Below, piece by piece: positions 40,040 through 53,031 of a DNA stretch of 64,000 bases. Positions within the stretch are counted from its first letter, which is position 1, and each line of letters starts with the position of its first letter. Below the pieces are notes generated by a model, which had not been told where the DNA came from, searched no databases, and saw only the letters and a list, made by a program, of their open reading frames with translations. This DNA comes from Nageia nagi (Eukaryota > Plantae > Pinophyta): NCBI GenBank assembly GCA_050084985.1, contig JBITNC010000001.1, positions 116,188,001-116,252,000 on the forward strand. The letters run 5' to 3'. Made by a program: the position numbers and the translations under genes.

Positions 40040-42060
40040 TAGCTTGATAAATAATTTTTTCTATTGTATTTTATGTTAATTTGTTACAAAAGTATTACAA
40101 TGAGATTTTTTACTCTATTTTATCCTAATACAAAGATTTTAAAGTTGTTACTTTATTCTACCCTAATACTAAAGATTTTAAAGTATTACAATGAAATGTT
40201 TTTACTCTATTCTACCCTAATACTAGTCTATAATTGTTACAAAGTCAAATATTCCTAAATTACATATTCTTTTATTCTATAATTACAAAATGTAAAAATT
40301 CATTTTACTAACTAGAGATTACAACATGGTCAACATCATATTCCAATATTCTTTCCTTTGATGCTAAAGGACTCACAAGTGAGTTTTTCATCTTTAAAAA
40401 TTGAGCTTGAGTTAAACCTTTAGTAGATATATCAGTTAGTTGATCAAGGGTACTGCAATATCTCAACTCAACTTGTTTCTTTTCCACTATATCATACATA
40501 AAATGATACTTCATGTCAAAATGCTTAGACATGCTATAGTGGACATGATTCTTTGCTAATTGAATGGCACTCATGTTGTCACATAAAATTATTGTGGGAT
40601 CACTTTATTTCTCACCTATTTCCTCCAACATTTTTTTGATCCATAAGGATTGAGTAACAATTAAATCGTAATTGTAATGTACTCAACCTTCAATAGAAGA
40701 TAAAGCTCTATTGATTATTATTTACTAAAACTTCTAATAATTAGTCCAAATCTAAGAGAAAAATAATTATTAGATGTGCACTTTTGATTTTCCAAATTTT
40801 TTCCCCAATTTAAATCATTAAAGCCAACTAGTTCCACCTCTTTAATAGGAAAATAATATATAGAAAAGTCAACAATACTTTTAACATACCTCAAAATTCT
40901 CTTAAGTAGCAGCCTTCAAATGTAAAATAGATGGCTCAATCATATATCTAGATACAAGTGAGATATTATGTGCAATATATGGTATGTTATTTATGAGAAA
41001 TAAAAAGCTCCCAACAATGCTTCTATAATTTATCACATTCACCTTTTCATCCCAATGATCTTTACATAATAACTCACCATGTGAAAATGGGAGTAAGGAT
41101 TAGTTTGCAACTATCTATGTGATACTTCTTCAACATATCCTTGACATACTTTATTTGATAAATGAATATTTCTCCTTTTCTTTAGTGTACCTCCATTTGA
41201 AGAAATTAGAGCATCAAGCCTAAATCTTTCATCTCAAACTCACTCATCATGGTAACTTAAAAATTATCTTATAACTACTAATCATATAAAATTAAGTAAT
41301 CAACATATAGACAAAATATCATCACCTTCTTTCTTTAAGTATAGAGTATGTTTACTTTTACTTCTCTTGAAGCCACTTTGCTAAAAGTATCCATCAATCC
41401 TAGGATACCAAGCTCTTGGGGCTTGCTTAAAACTATACAAATCATTTTTCAGCATGTAGATATGTTTTTATTTTCCTTTCACCCCAAACCCTTTAAGTTG
41501 TTGTACATGCACTTCTTCATTTAAGTACCCATTCATAAAAATTATTTTTTACATCCAAGTGATGTATAATCCAATCCTTTTGAGAAACTAAGGAAATAAC
41601 CATTCTTATAATTTCTTGCCTAGCTACAGGTGCAAAATTTTCTTCATAATTAAATTTATACCATTGTGTGAATCCTTTAGCTACAAGCCTAGCCTTATAT
41701 CTCTCAATGTTGCCATCATTATTATATTTAGTCTTATAAAACCATTTGGACCTTATACACTTCTTTCCCTTGTAAGGTTCTACAAGCTCCCAAGTATCAT
41801 TCTTCTTAATATAATTTATCTCTCCATTCATTATTTACATCCCAACATCCTTACGACAAGCTTCTTAAAAGCATGAAGGTTTTAAATCAACAACAGTCAT
41901 AAAAGCATAATAAATAACATCATCTTTTGGTTCACCTTCATCTTCATCACTATACATGTGCATCTTCTCAAGTATTTGAACAACTTGATCAATTTCTTGA
42001 GCTTGACCTCTAGTAACTAGTCTTCTATGAAAATTTATACTAGTAGTTTATACTATGGTA
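40040..42060 (-). mobile_element. Ty1/Copia 3' half (RT-RNase H, PPT, 3' LTR remnant)
   Basis: KKNDTWELV..KWFYKTKYNNDGNIERYKARLVAKGFTQ; YVDY; SAIQLAKNHVHYSMSKHFDMKYHF..DQLTDISTKGL; PPT ~40349-40360, then an LTR-like segment with ~35-bp internal repeats (40060-40290). Confidence 0.88.
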
Positions 42061-43413
42061 AATTTGTGGTGAACTTGATGGTGAACTCAAGATAAACTAT
42101 GGGGTGTTATATATAGTTGGTAAGGTCTCAAAAATATATTTCTATTGATGTATACCAATTGGTAAAATGAGCTATAAATATCTAGTGAATCGTAATAAAA
42201 TAAGATATTATCTCTAGCATGTTTGTAATAGTTTCATAGGAAAAATACCTCACAAAGAAAGGGATGTCTTTATGGTAATTTTTAAAGAAAATACAAAATA
42301 TCATATATCATTAGAAAGGTATTGAAAATATCTTTCTAATTTTAAATGGACATTTCCAAATGGATGAATAAAACTCTATCAATTTATGGTGACATTAAAC
42401 TTTATTGTTAGTAATTCTAGAAATGAAAATATGATAGTCTACAAAATCCAAGTCCACCACCACCATACCCATCACTATCATCAAAGATAATTCCATTATC
42501 ATTACCAAAACCACCACCAACTAAGTTAGATCCTCCTCATCAAATTTTAAGGTCCAACCCCACTCTTTGGATAACCCTTGGGGCCTTTCATTCCACCATG
42601 ATTGATTATTCCATTAGTATCCCTAAAACCTTCCATTTTGTTATCGTCAAACCTTCTAAAGCTAATTCCATCACCTGCACCAAGATGAACATCACCATGG
42701 TCATGAATAACCATCCTTACCATGCTTCTATCAAAGGGTTTGGATGAAGTGCAATATCTCACTCTTATCTAGAATCTATCTTAAATGTTACACATATTGT
42801 TAAGTTCTTTACTAGTATAAGATTAGGATTTGTACTCGATGTCATAATTAAGGCTATTAGGTTAAGAAACATATATGTTTCCAGTAATGATGATGTGGGG
42901 ACAAGGATGGGGTTTTGGTATAACAACCACCATGACAAAGTCAAAGGTGATACACAAGTTTTTTCCCTAAACTCTGACAACATCCTTGACTTCTCACTCT
43001 CCAACACATGACTATTAACTCCATTAACTTTCATGCTCGTAACAACCCACATCACCTACCATCAACTTAAGAGCAATAAGGATGACATCATCACCCTTAT
43101 AGCAACCCTCCACTATGACTCCCATAATCTTTGTTATAGAAACCCTCTACTTTTTGAACTCTTTTATATGCATTGATAAGAATTTAAATTTAAATTGACC
43201 TCTTATAATCATATATACAGAACACTTGATAATTTACATAAGAATTTTATAAACTATGAGCTCTTATACATTATTATTAACATTATCAAATTTGTAACCT
43301 ACATACTTGTTATACCTTATATATTTAATCTTATTTACTCAAGGGCCTTCATAATATGTTGTTAAGACCTTAGATACTTTAATCATATAACTTAAAAGGC
43401 ATCATAATAACTT

Positions 43414-43452
43414 TATATATATATATATATATATAATATATATATATATATA
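43414..43452. repeat. (AT)n microsatellite, interrupted
   Basis: Directly visible. Confidence 0.9.
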
Positions 43453-43649
43453 TCATCAACAATTCTTAAGTATCTCAATGAAGATCAAAAAAGACAAACC
43501 GATTTATAAAGAATTAAAATTATCATATAATAGTACAAAATATAATATCATCTTAAAAATATATAATCGTATTTTAAGAAAGCATATTACATTTACATAT
43601 AAAATAATTATAAAATTCAAATATTATATCATAACATAATACTTTTATT

Positions 43650-43797
43650 ATTATTATTATTTTGATGAGTTAAAAGTTTGTGTAAAGCCCACCATATATT
43701 ATATATCCACCTACATGTGAGGGGGGAGAGTTGAATCTTGACTTCTCATCATCCACTTGAGAGTTTTCAACTAACCCTCTCTCCAACTTCCCTACAC
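43650..43797 (-). mobile_element. tRNA-derived SINE-like element
   Basis: Minus strand has a box-B-like AGATTCAACTC (43728-43738) and an A-rich (AAT)n tail; absent at the paralogous site in unit A (~36820). Confidence 0.55.
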
Positions 43798-44466
43798 ATG
43801 CTAAATATTATTTTATTTATTGATTAAAATATATTTACTATCATTATATTATACCTTTAGATTGTCATTAACTATCATTTATTTATTTAAAAAATAATAT
43901 AATTAAAAAATCCTAATAATCTAAATGATTTAAGCTTTGACTCTCTCTCTCTTAAAAGATTCAAAGTTCAACACTGAATGATAAGAGAGCACACCCCCTA
44001 CCAAGAAAGCATGGCTGAAAGGAGACCATCCAACCCAATATCCTTCCACACAATTGAGGATGCACTTTCGCATAGAACAACTTCAGATCTTTATTCATAT
44101 TTGCACGTAGACAACACGCCAAACGACGTATCCGTGACGTTCGAATCTGACCACAAGATAACGTTTGAATTTTGGAAGATTCATACTTCAAGTTCAACTA
44201 GCAATCAACATCTACAAGGCCAGTATCAAACTGGACCTACTTGTGCGTATATTCCAATTTTCATCATCTTAAGCAGCTAATTCAAAGCACTAAACTCCAC
44301 TTATCATGCGATAAATGAAAGCGATCTTATTTACAACAACTAGATGTTGAACGCCCAACAATATGGTGCAGCAATAAAGACTTTGAAGTGTTACGACTTC
44401 TTGGAGTACGCTGCATTCGTCTTGGGAATTAGTATCGTTGTTTTCTGATATTACTTTTAAGAGAAG

Positions 44467-44790
44467 ATGGACAGAGAGATGAATTGGAGGAGACAACTGA
44501 TGAAAGAATGGGGATGGAATGAATATCGTGTTGCTGTGATAGCACTGGTCACAGTTGTGGCTACATTGCTAGTTATAATGGATTCCAAGAAAGAAGCAAA
44601 GCTTCTGATTGTGTCGCGAATGGAGGAAGAAATGTCTGATGAGGCTTGTTCTCTTGTCAATTTGACTCTTGTCGAATCTGCAGCAGCAAAAGAAAATTAC
44701 AAAAAGCGGTATCTTAATTATTCCTGTTGTGAATTTTTGTTCTCTAAATTGGACATACAAATGGGTAAAACCTGTTTTTGGTACCCATAA
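44467..44790 (+). pseudogene. PAE: Pectin acetylesterase exon 1, copy B; splice donor deleted, ORF reads into former intron (107 aa)
   Basis: Matches copy A up to SAAAK; 'gcaggtgagtaacctcttaatcc' of copy A is missing at ~44692. Confidence 0.75.
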
Positions 44791-45794
44791 AAGCATTATA
44801 TTTTTTACTGCAATGAATTCGGTGATCCTATGTATAATTGGCATAATTGTCAAAGAAACATGTTTCTTTTGGTGTGTGTCTCTATTGAGAACTTTTTTGT
44901 TGTTAACTATTTCTAGTACCTAGACAGCAGGATAGCTTAGTGCATGTAAACTTGGGTATCCATTACAGCAGTTATCCTTTCATATTCAAATGTTACACAT
45001 TAACATTTTAAAAAAAATATTAATCGATTTTAAAAAATATATCTAAAAGAAAATAGTGGGTTGATACCAAAATAAATTACACATCTACGTAAAAAAAAGA
45101 TAACACCTAGAAAATGATACCTTTCAAGGTTACTTATTTATATTTTACATATCTTTTTAAGATCTTGCATTATCTAGTGGTTATGAACATGCACTATTTA
45201 TAATAGGATATATAGAAAGATTTATTTAGAATTGGGAATTGGAGGGAGGTTGAAAGATAGTTAAGAATGTATGATAAATTTAACATGTTGGATTTAATAT
45301 GTTTGATTGCTCATATTTTGCAATGTTCTATCTACTTCAAAGGATTTATATACTTAAATAAATTTTTAATATTTATATAAAATTGGAGAAGTCTAATTTT
45401 GAATTCATCTAAGTAAAAGCACTTCAGAATAAGTGTACATGACATAATATGAATTTAGAAGATATTAAATTAATTTTCATAAATCATTGAGTATATCCAA
45501 ATTTGATACATTACACAAATTATATAAAGCATTATAATCAATACATTTTAAATACCTGAATTACAAATTTAAGTATCTACATTGATCTTGGTTTTATTGC
45601 ATTTATTCTTCTCTTGTAAATTAAGAGTTATCAAGACAACTAAACAAGAATATACATTAATAAGTTTTTAAATAAAATATTAATTATGCATTAGAATTTA
45701 ATTGGCAATTTTTAATATTTATAAGGCATCCATCACAACATGTCAATGATAAATGCATCAAAGGGGTAAATAACAAATATTAAATATTAATTGA

Positions 45795-45930
45795 TTTTTT
45801 TTTATGGAACCACCCACTGCACCATGATAACTTTGTGGATTCTTGTATGTTCAACCTAAGGAGTTAAGAGATTTGAACCTGAGCCTCCCTTATGGAAGTT
45901 TTAACCTACCCTTTTGTCTCCAACTCCATT
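45795..45930 (-). mobile_element. tRNA-derived SINE-like element
   Basis: Minus strand has box B GGTTCAAATCT (45869-45879) and a poly(A) tail (T-run from 45795); 5' part resembles the 43650-43797 copy. Confidence 0.6.
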
Positions 45931-46006
45931 CAAGTTGATAATAATGATTATGTGATAACATTTTAAAAAATTATGAATAATTGAAAATAGTCATTAAAAT
46001 GTTTGG

Positions 46007-46062
<56 letters not shown>
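46007..46062. repeat. Compound (GT)n(GA)n microsatellite
   Basis: Directly visible. Confidence 0.95.
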
Positions 46063-46066
<4 letters not shown>

Positions 46067-46289
46067 TTTGTTGAGATATTTTTTATATATTGACATTATC
46101 CATTGAAGGTTACAAGATTATTTTTCAATAGGAAAAATAAGTAGTTGAGCATATTTAAAACCTCTTGAAAGTGTGTTATTATATAAAGGGCATCAAAAAC
46201 CCAAACACAAAGGGCACCAAAAACTCAAATACAAATGGTGTTAGAAACCCAAATACAAAAGGTACTCAAATATATAAATGGAGAGATCT

Positions 46290-49200
46290 ACAACATTGAG
46301 TCAACAAGATGCAAATCCCGATGTTTGATGGAGTGAAGATGATGACTAGGGTATGGCTACACCAGTTGTAGACATATTTCACTCTAAACTCTAGCATGGT
46401 TGAGGAGGATGCAGTGCATTTCGCATTACTACACATGTAGGGAGATGCACTGGAGTAGTGGTGACATGGGACGATGAGTCAAGGATACTCACTCATCACC
46501 TCTTTTGATGAATTCACCAAGAGGGTGGCAAAGAGGTTTAACCGAAAGAATGAGGATGACTACTTCTGAGATCTTACTACATTGAGGTTATCAGGGAGTT
46601 TGGATGAGTTTGTGATAGAGTTCCAATGGTTAGTTGTCATGACTCATCATTTGCCTAAGGAGCAATTAATTTTCATCTTCATTAAGGGATTAGAGGAGCT
46701 GCTTAGAGGGATGGTGAAGGTGTCATCTCCAAGAAGCCTAGATGATATTATCTAGGTAGCCTATGACTTGGAACCCACTATGAAATCCCTCAAGGGGAGA
46801 TTGGGATCTAAGAGATTCATTAGCCAGAAGCCATTTATAGAGGGGCCTAAGTAACACCTCCATCTAAGCCAGAGTAGTTGGACATAACCACACAGAGACG
46901 GTTGAGAGAAAAGGGTAAGTGCTTCTCTTGCAAGAAGCCTTGGGAACCTGAACATCATTGCTTAGGGAAGGGACAAGCTCATTACATAGAAGTGTTATTA
47001 GGAGGTGATTCTGATGATTCAGATATTAAGATGAGAGCTGATACAGGTGGTCCAAGATCACTTAGAGTGGTAGGCATAGTTGGGAGCATTATTACTTCTT
47101 TGAATGGGGCAAATAAGTACTTAACACTGAAGGTCATTAGGTAGGTAAGAGGCCAAGATGTCATGGTCTTGATAGATCTGGGTGCTTCACATAACTTCAT
47201 TAATGTTGGTTTTGTGGAGAGGAAGGGTTGGAAGACTAAGGCATTTGAGGGGTTCAGAGTCTTTAATGCTAACGAAGAACTCATGTTGGTTGATCATATT
47301 ATGGAGCGATTTGGTGTAAGGCTACATATCTGTGTAGTACAGGAGAACTTCTACCTTTATTCACTCATTGGAGAAATTCATACGAACTACCAGAAGCTCA
47401 TCATGAGCTTTGAGATTGATGAGAATATACATACTCTATAGGGGATCAAGGATGACTTCCCACAAATGGATAACAAGTGGTTGGAGATGATTGAGTGGTG
47501 TCAAGAGAAGGAGGAGGCTGACAAATAGAGCATGCAATATTTAAAGGAGCTAAGAGAGGCTATGGTGGATGCATGGAGGGGTTTTCTAATTACATTGATG
47601 CCTAAGGGGTTTTGGACTGATTATGAGTGGTGTCTAGAGGCTAGGCACCCAACATTGAGCACTTTAGTGCCTTACCCCCAAGGAGCATCTTGGAGGCCTA
47701 TCTTGCTACATGGAGTATTTGGGTGGGTGATGTTATTAAGTGGAGTATTCATGAATATGGAGGTCCCACGTTGGGCATGTTAGGGGCAGGAGGACCCACA
47801 TTGGCATTGAAAAGAGCTAGGGATCCCACATGGGCCACATAAGAGGCAAGAGGTCCCACATTAGCCATTTTGAGAGTTTACCTATTAACATTAAGCTATG
47901 GGGAGGCTAGTCATGCCACATTATGGTGTAGGGAGGCTTGGTTGATAGTGAGGAGATTTGAGTGTGTTTTGGTTTCAACTAGGGGAGCCAAATTAGTGTG
48001 GAGTGGAGGATGGGTTCATGCAGGGAGCTTGAGCTCCACTTGTTTACTCTCACTTTGGTTTCCATGTTTGCAAGTACCTCACCTTTATCAAAGTTCCAAC
48101 ATTGCCTACTTCTTGATTGAAGACCCTCAACTTAGTGATGATGAGATATCATTATCAACAGATTCTTGGAAGATAATATGTTGTGATCTTCCATTATTGC
48201 TTGGGGATAAGCAATCCTAAGAGGGAGGCTTTATGATATCCCTTTTGTACTATAGTACCAATTTGTATTAACCAAGTAGATTATATTAGAGATATTCCTT
48301 GTATTTGGTCATGTTCATGGTTGTAGCTTAAGATAAGAGACATACTGGGTCATGTGGACCCCACTTATGAGCCCCTAACAGGACATCTCTCTCTTAAGTA
48401 GTCATGTTAGTATGTTATAGGTTGGAGATCTTGAGTTGTGGGAATTCCAACAAGTCCTAGTGTCCCAGAATGGTAGTCATGTTGGTGCCATCTCAAGGAG
48501 GGTCCCATACCTCAATGTTGGCTTACTCGGCTTCTAGGAACCCCATGTTGGCACTTTAGGTTGACTAGGATCCCACATTGGCATTACTTGGTCTTATGTT
48601 GATGCATTGGCATTCCAAGACATTATAATGGTGCATTAAGTCAATGGGCCCCTCCAAATGCCCAACATTGGAATTAAAGGCTTATAGATGACTTCAAGAT
48701 GAATTATTGACTTAAGCTTATAAATATTCAAAGAGAGCTCATTTGGAGATAAATTGAATTATTATTATTATTATTGCTACTTTTGGTCCATGTGACTACT
48801 TGAGCTTAGCAGTGCTGAGTGTACTTTCCTAGATGGAGTGTTTAGAGGATAACTGAGCTAAGGGATCCTAGTTATCTATGACATAGGTGGAGCACCTTGT
48901 CCATCCGATGGAGTTTGAGGGTTTGTTCCTTCCATTTAGTTGGATATCTAGTGTTCATAAAGAGCCCCTTCGATGGGGAGGAGATAAATACTGAGGGAGC
49001 AAATGTATCTCATAGTTTTGTGTTATCATTATGTATGTTCGAATTGGCTTGGGTAGCCTACGGTTGCCTACTGGCCATTGTATGAGATTGTATTGCATTC
49101 CATATTGATAATATATATCTGAGAGCTTGGGATCTCATTCTTGTTGTGCGATTGGTTTTCATGTGCATGTGTTAGGGTTTAGACCATTTGTTTATGTTGG

Positions 49201-49447
49201 TTTTCTAGCGTATGGATATTGTGATGGTATCCCATTTATAATTCATCATTATATGCATTCGTGAGGTGTAGTGTGTGAATGATACTGTAGAAGGGTTAAC
49301 ATTAGGTTTGTGGAGGTTTTTGATTCTCTAGGAGCCTAACGTTGGAGTTGAGGAAGTGTGGTTGAGGATTTTGGAAAACCTTAGTCAGTTTTATTTATTG
49401 TATTTAGCACAAGTGCTCATTTGGAACATTGCACCATATATTTCATA
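46290..49447 (+). mobile_element. Gypsy-derived non-autonomous element: gag + protease + non-pol region + PPT + 3' LTR; 5' LTR missing
   Basis: gag FDGVK.. and LREKGKCFSCKKPWEPEHHC; protease VLIDLGASHNF; no RT; 'LLGDKQS*' then PPT gagggaggctt (48221-48231) and LTR from 48232, resembling the 7928-13482 LTRs (shared aagggatcc/gacat-ggtg, cttcgatgg-gagga, gagggagcaa blocks). Right end approximate. Confidence 0.8.
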
Positions 49448-51879
49448 TAATGAATATGGGGATAATATGCCAAATTTTTTTCATAAGGGACTTACCTTTC
49501 AATCCCCCTTATACATTTCAGACCAATTGTCTAAGAAGTTTTCAATGTTGATAGTGCTTTTGATAGGTGACCTAATTTGCTAAGATATTGTTAACCATAT
49601 TTTAATTACCTGTGTAATGAAAGAGCAAATGAGGGATAATTTCATTTTCCTTCATACATATATGACATGTGAGATCCCACCATGTACCTTTTAATTAAAT
49701 TATCACATGCCAAAAGTTTATTTTAGAGTATCCACCATAGAAATATTTGCATCTTAGGGGGCACTTTATAATTCCATACCTTAGATATCTTCCTATCTTT
49801 ATGTCCCTTATTGTTGACTAACTACTTCTTCTCTCCCTTTATATTCTCATGGACCTTTAATGCTATCTCATATCAATTGATTTGGCACCTAGAAGGTGAT
49901 GTATATTTTTGAAATATTTCTTCTTAAATAATCTTATTCTTCTTATAACTCTTGTAAAATAACATAGTTGATCCACTTGGGATATTTACATTCCCATTTT
50001 ACTATGTGTTTGAAAGTAGTAACTTCTAGTTGTTGGAGATTCTCTTCAAACTTTTTCTTATAACTTGTTGCTATTGAATCTCCTCCTAAAATAGAATCAG
50101 TCCTTATATCCTTAGTATACTATATCATCATTTTTTACATTATGCTTTACATGGAAACATAACCAATGATACATGTTCTTATCATTAACATGACCTTTCT
50201 TTTATAATAATACCATGCTTTGGATAGGGGACATGGTGCATGATACGTTTTTATCTTTCTAACATATTTTTTCTTTAAGGATTACCCATGCTTCACATAG
50301 TGGCATATAACCAAGTATAATTATCAATAATAAAATCCTTTTCATTTCTTTAAGCTATTATGATATATATATAAAGTAAGATATTGGTTTTTCCTATAGT
50401 ATTTAACAAAGGGCACGTATGAATGTTTATAATATTCCTTAAAGTTTTTTCTTATAGGATTTGTAGGTACATAAATTTCAAAAAAGGTTAAAGGTAAAAA
50501 GGTTGAACATTATATCATTATATTACTTTATTTTTTAGATCCAAAGATACTTTAATTCGACTTTACTTGTTTTGAAGGAATACATATAGATACTTGTATC
50601 CTTTATTTTAGATTTTATATGCTTTTAGACATAACTTATGTATCTTCCTATGTATGATTGCATAACACGTGTTCTTACTAGAAAAATCATTATTTCCTTA
50701 ATTACTTAGAAAATATTATCATATCAATTCAAAATATATTGATGTTTAGATGCTAATGGTTTAAGCATCTTAGGGTGACTTGCATTCCCTTATTTGCATA
50801 ATCAACTAGTAAACTTTTGAATTTTCTCATATGCATGAATAAGAATTTAAATTTAAATTGACCTCTTAGAATTATATAAAAGGAACTCTTGATCATTTAT
50901 ATAAAATTATTTTAGACAATAAGCTCTTATTTGTATCCTACCTACTTCCGATAATAATACTTATTTTTAAATTTTTTGTACCTTATATATTTATCTTATT
51001 TATTCAAAAATTTTGATCATATGTTGTTAATACATTAGATACTTTAATCAACATTAATATCTTATTTATATTCATCTCAAGATGTATTATCAACAAATTT
51101 TATATATATCTCATGAAGATCAAAATAAATAAAGAATAAAAAATACCACAAACTATTATAAAATATAATAACATATTTTAAAAAATATATTATAAAAAAA
51201 ATTATTCATATTATTTCACTTATTTAAATATATATATTATTATTTTATTAATTTTTTTAATGTTAAACTAAAAAAATAAATAACTAATTAAAGTATTTTC
51301 AATCTTCAAAACCTACTCTTATTATCAGTATAAACTCTGTTTCAGAGAAATAAATAAAAGGACACCCCTTTAAGTTCTACAACACGAATCTATTGACCAC
51401 CAAACCAAACCTCCCTCTATTACATCTTCAATGCTACCATTCACTATCATTTATCAGGGCATTATTTTTATTTTTGAAAATCAGAGTGATTCAAGCAGAC
51501 CTTCCGCAATCGAAGAGCCCAGTAGCCTCTGCACATCAGACAAATCAGTCAGTTTTGCTTCCAACATCTTCATATTTCTATTCAGATTTGCCATATTTTT
51601 TAATGTTCGATTCAGACTTGAAGTTCAAGTACCAATGAACACCCATGAGATCGCTCTCAACCTGGACCTACCTGTGCCAATATTTCAATTATCTTATCTT
51701 AAGCAGACAACGTCAGACTCACTCACCAACATCAGTTGTAAATACAAACCTGGAAGCTGAATTGGTCATATAATGAACGACCGCAATTTGTTTAATCGAA
51801 TCAGATTCTGGGTACTCAACAATGAGCTGAAACAATTGTCTTGGGAAATTCGTTTTATCATATTATTTTTGAAGAGAAG

Positions 51880-52108
51880 ATGGGCAGAGAGATGAATTGG
51901 AGGAGACTACTGATGAATAAATGGAGATGGACGATATACAGTCTTGCTACGACAGGGCTTGTCACAGTTGTGGCTACATTGTTAGTGATGATGGATTCCA
52001 AAAGAGAAGCCAAGCTTCTTGCGTCCCCAAGGCAGGAAGACATGCCTAATGAGGCGGCATCTCTTGTCAATTTGACTCTTGTTCAGTCTGCAGCAGCTAA
52101 AGGAGCAG
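51880..52108 (+). CDS. PAE: Pectin acetylesterase exon 1 (copy C, proximal)
   Basis: MGREMNWRRLLMNKWRW-[TM]-...LVNLTLVQSAAAKGA; donor AG|GTGAGT at 52109; joins exon 2 to give the family motif KGAVCLDGS. Confidence 0.93.
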
Positions 52109-53031
52109 GTGAGTATGCCCTTAATCCAAAATCAGACCGAAAATCAATATCTGAATTATTCCTGTCGCGAATTTTTATTATTTGTTTTCTAAATTGGACA
52201 TTCAAATTGGTTAAAACTGCTCCGTATCTATACGCATATAGATAGATAGAGAGGAGGCTTGTTTATATTTTGCAGATCTTGCTAGGATCTGCATTATACA
52301 TTTATTTCGTTTTAGAGTAGGTGCCAAGGTTTGAGGCGTAGGTACTTTGTTAAAATCTGCCCAGGGCTCACACACGTCCTTATCCCTGTTGCATACATAA
52401 TAGAGCTTATCATTTTGTCGAAAATGATCCACTGGACCGTATAACAACCGAGTTCCAATGAAGTAGGGCATGAATGACCATTGGGAAATGCATTAGCATG
52501 CAGACCTGGACTGATTCAAGATCATTCAATGACATGTTTTGTAGCGTGCTTTTGCAATCTCTTGTAGAACAATGGCATATTTTCTACCTGCTGGAAATGC
52601 AATAAGGGGTGCTCTACATTGATAAGAGAAATTGTGATGCACAAAAATCCATGGCACAATGATGAGATTTAAAATTTGATATTGCAAATGTGGGAAAAGT
52701 TCTCCAAGCCATTTTGTGATTAATGCATGTTAGAAACCGAAAAAACTATTATTTATAAATTGTTTCTATATTCAATTTGTTGTGAAGGCAACATTGGAGA
52801 ACACAAAATTAGGGCAGCTTATTCTTGCTATAATAATACATGATTTGCTATAAGGTGTTTAGTTTTCTTTGGTTAGCTTTTAGTTGATAAGTTTGCTTCT
52901 AAGGAATTAAATATTACCCGTAGAACATTTGAATGGCCTTAATATTTTATTCATATTTCTCATATTTGCTTGATTTGACAAGAAATGGAATGTAAAAGTT
53001 CTGCTTAATGTTTTTTCTTATCATTTTGTAG

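Larger units (their letters stand above)
42445..46270 (+). repeat. PAE promoter/exon-1 duplication unit B
   Basis: Colinear with unit A from 'aaatccaagtccac' to 'aaatacaaaaggt'. Confidence 0.9.

Noticed and set aside
43978-44280. Upstream ORFs before PAE copies B (43978-44280) and C (51431-51760) as a conserved uORF/peptide
   Set aside because: The homologous DNA is read in different frames and copy A lacks it; no conserved peptide.
45795-45930. Possible tRNA gene
   Set aside because: Only box B is recognisable, no cloverleaf, and it has a poly(A) tail; treated as SINE-like.
49450-50800. Possible DNA-transposon remnant
   Set aside because: No TIRs or transposase motif could be identified by eye.
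51841-52245. 134-aa ORF as a complete gene
   Set aside because: Starts at TTG; real ATG is 51880, and the part after 52108 is intron read-through.
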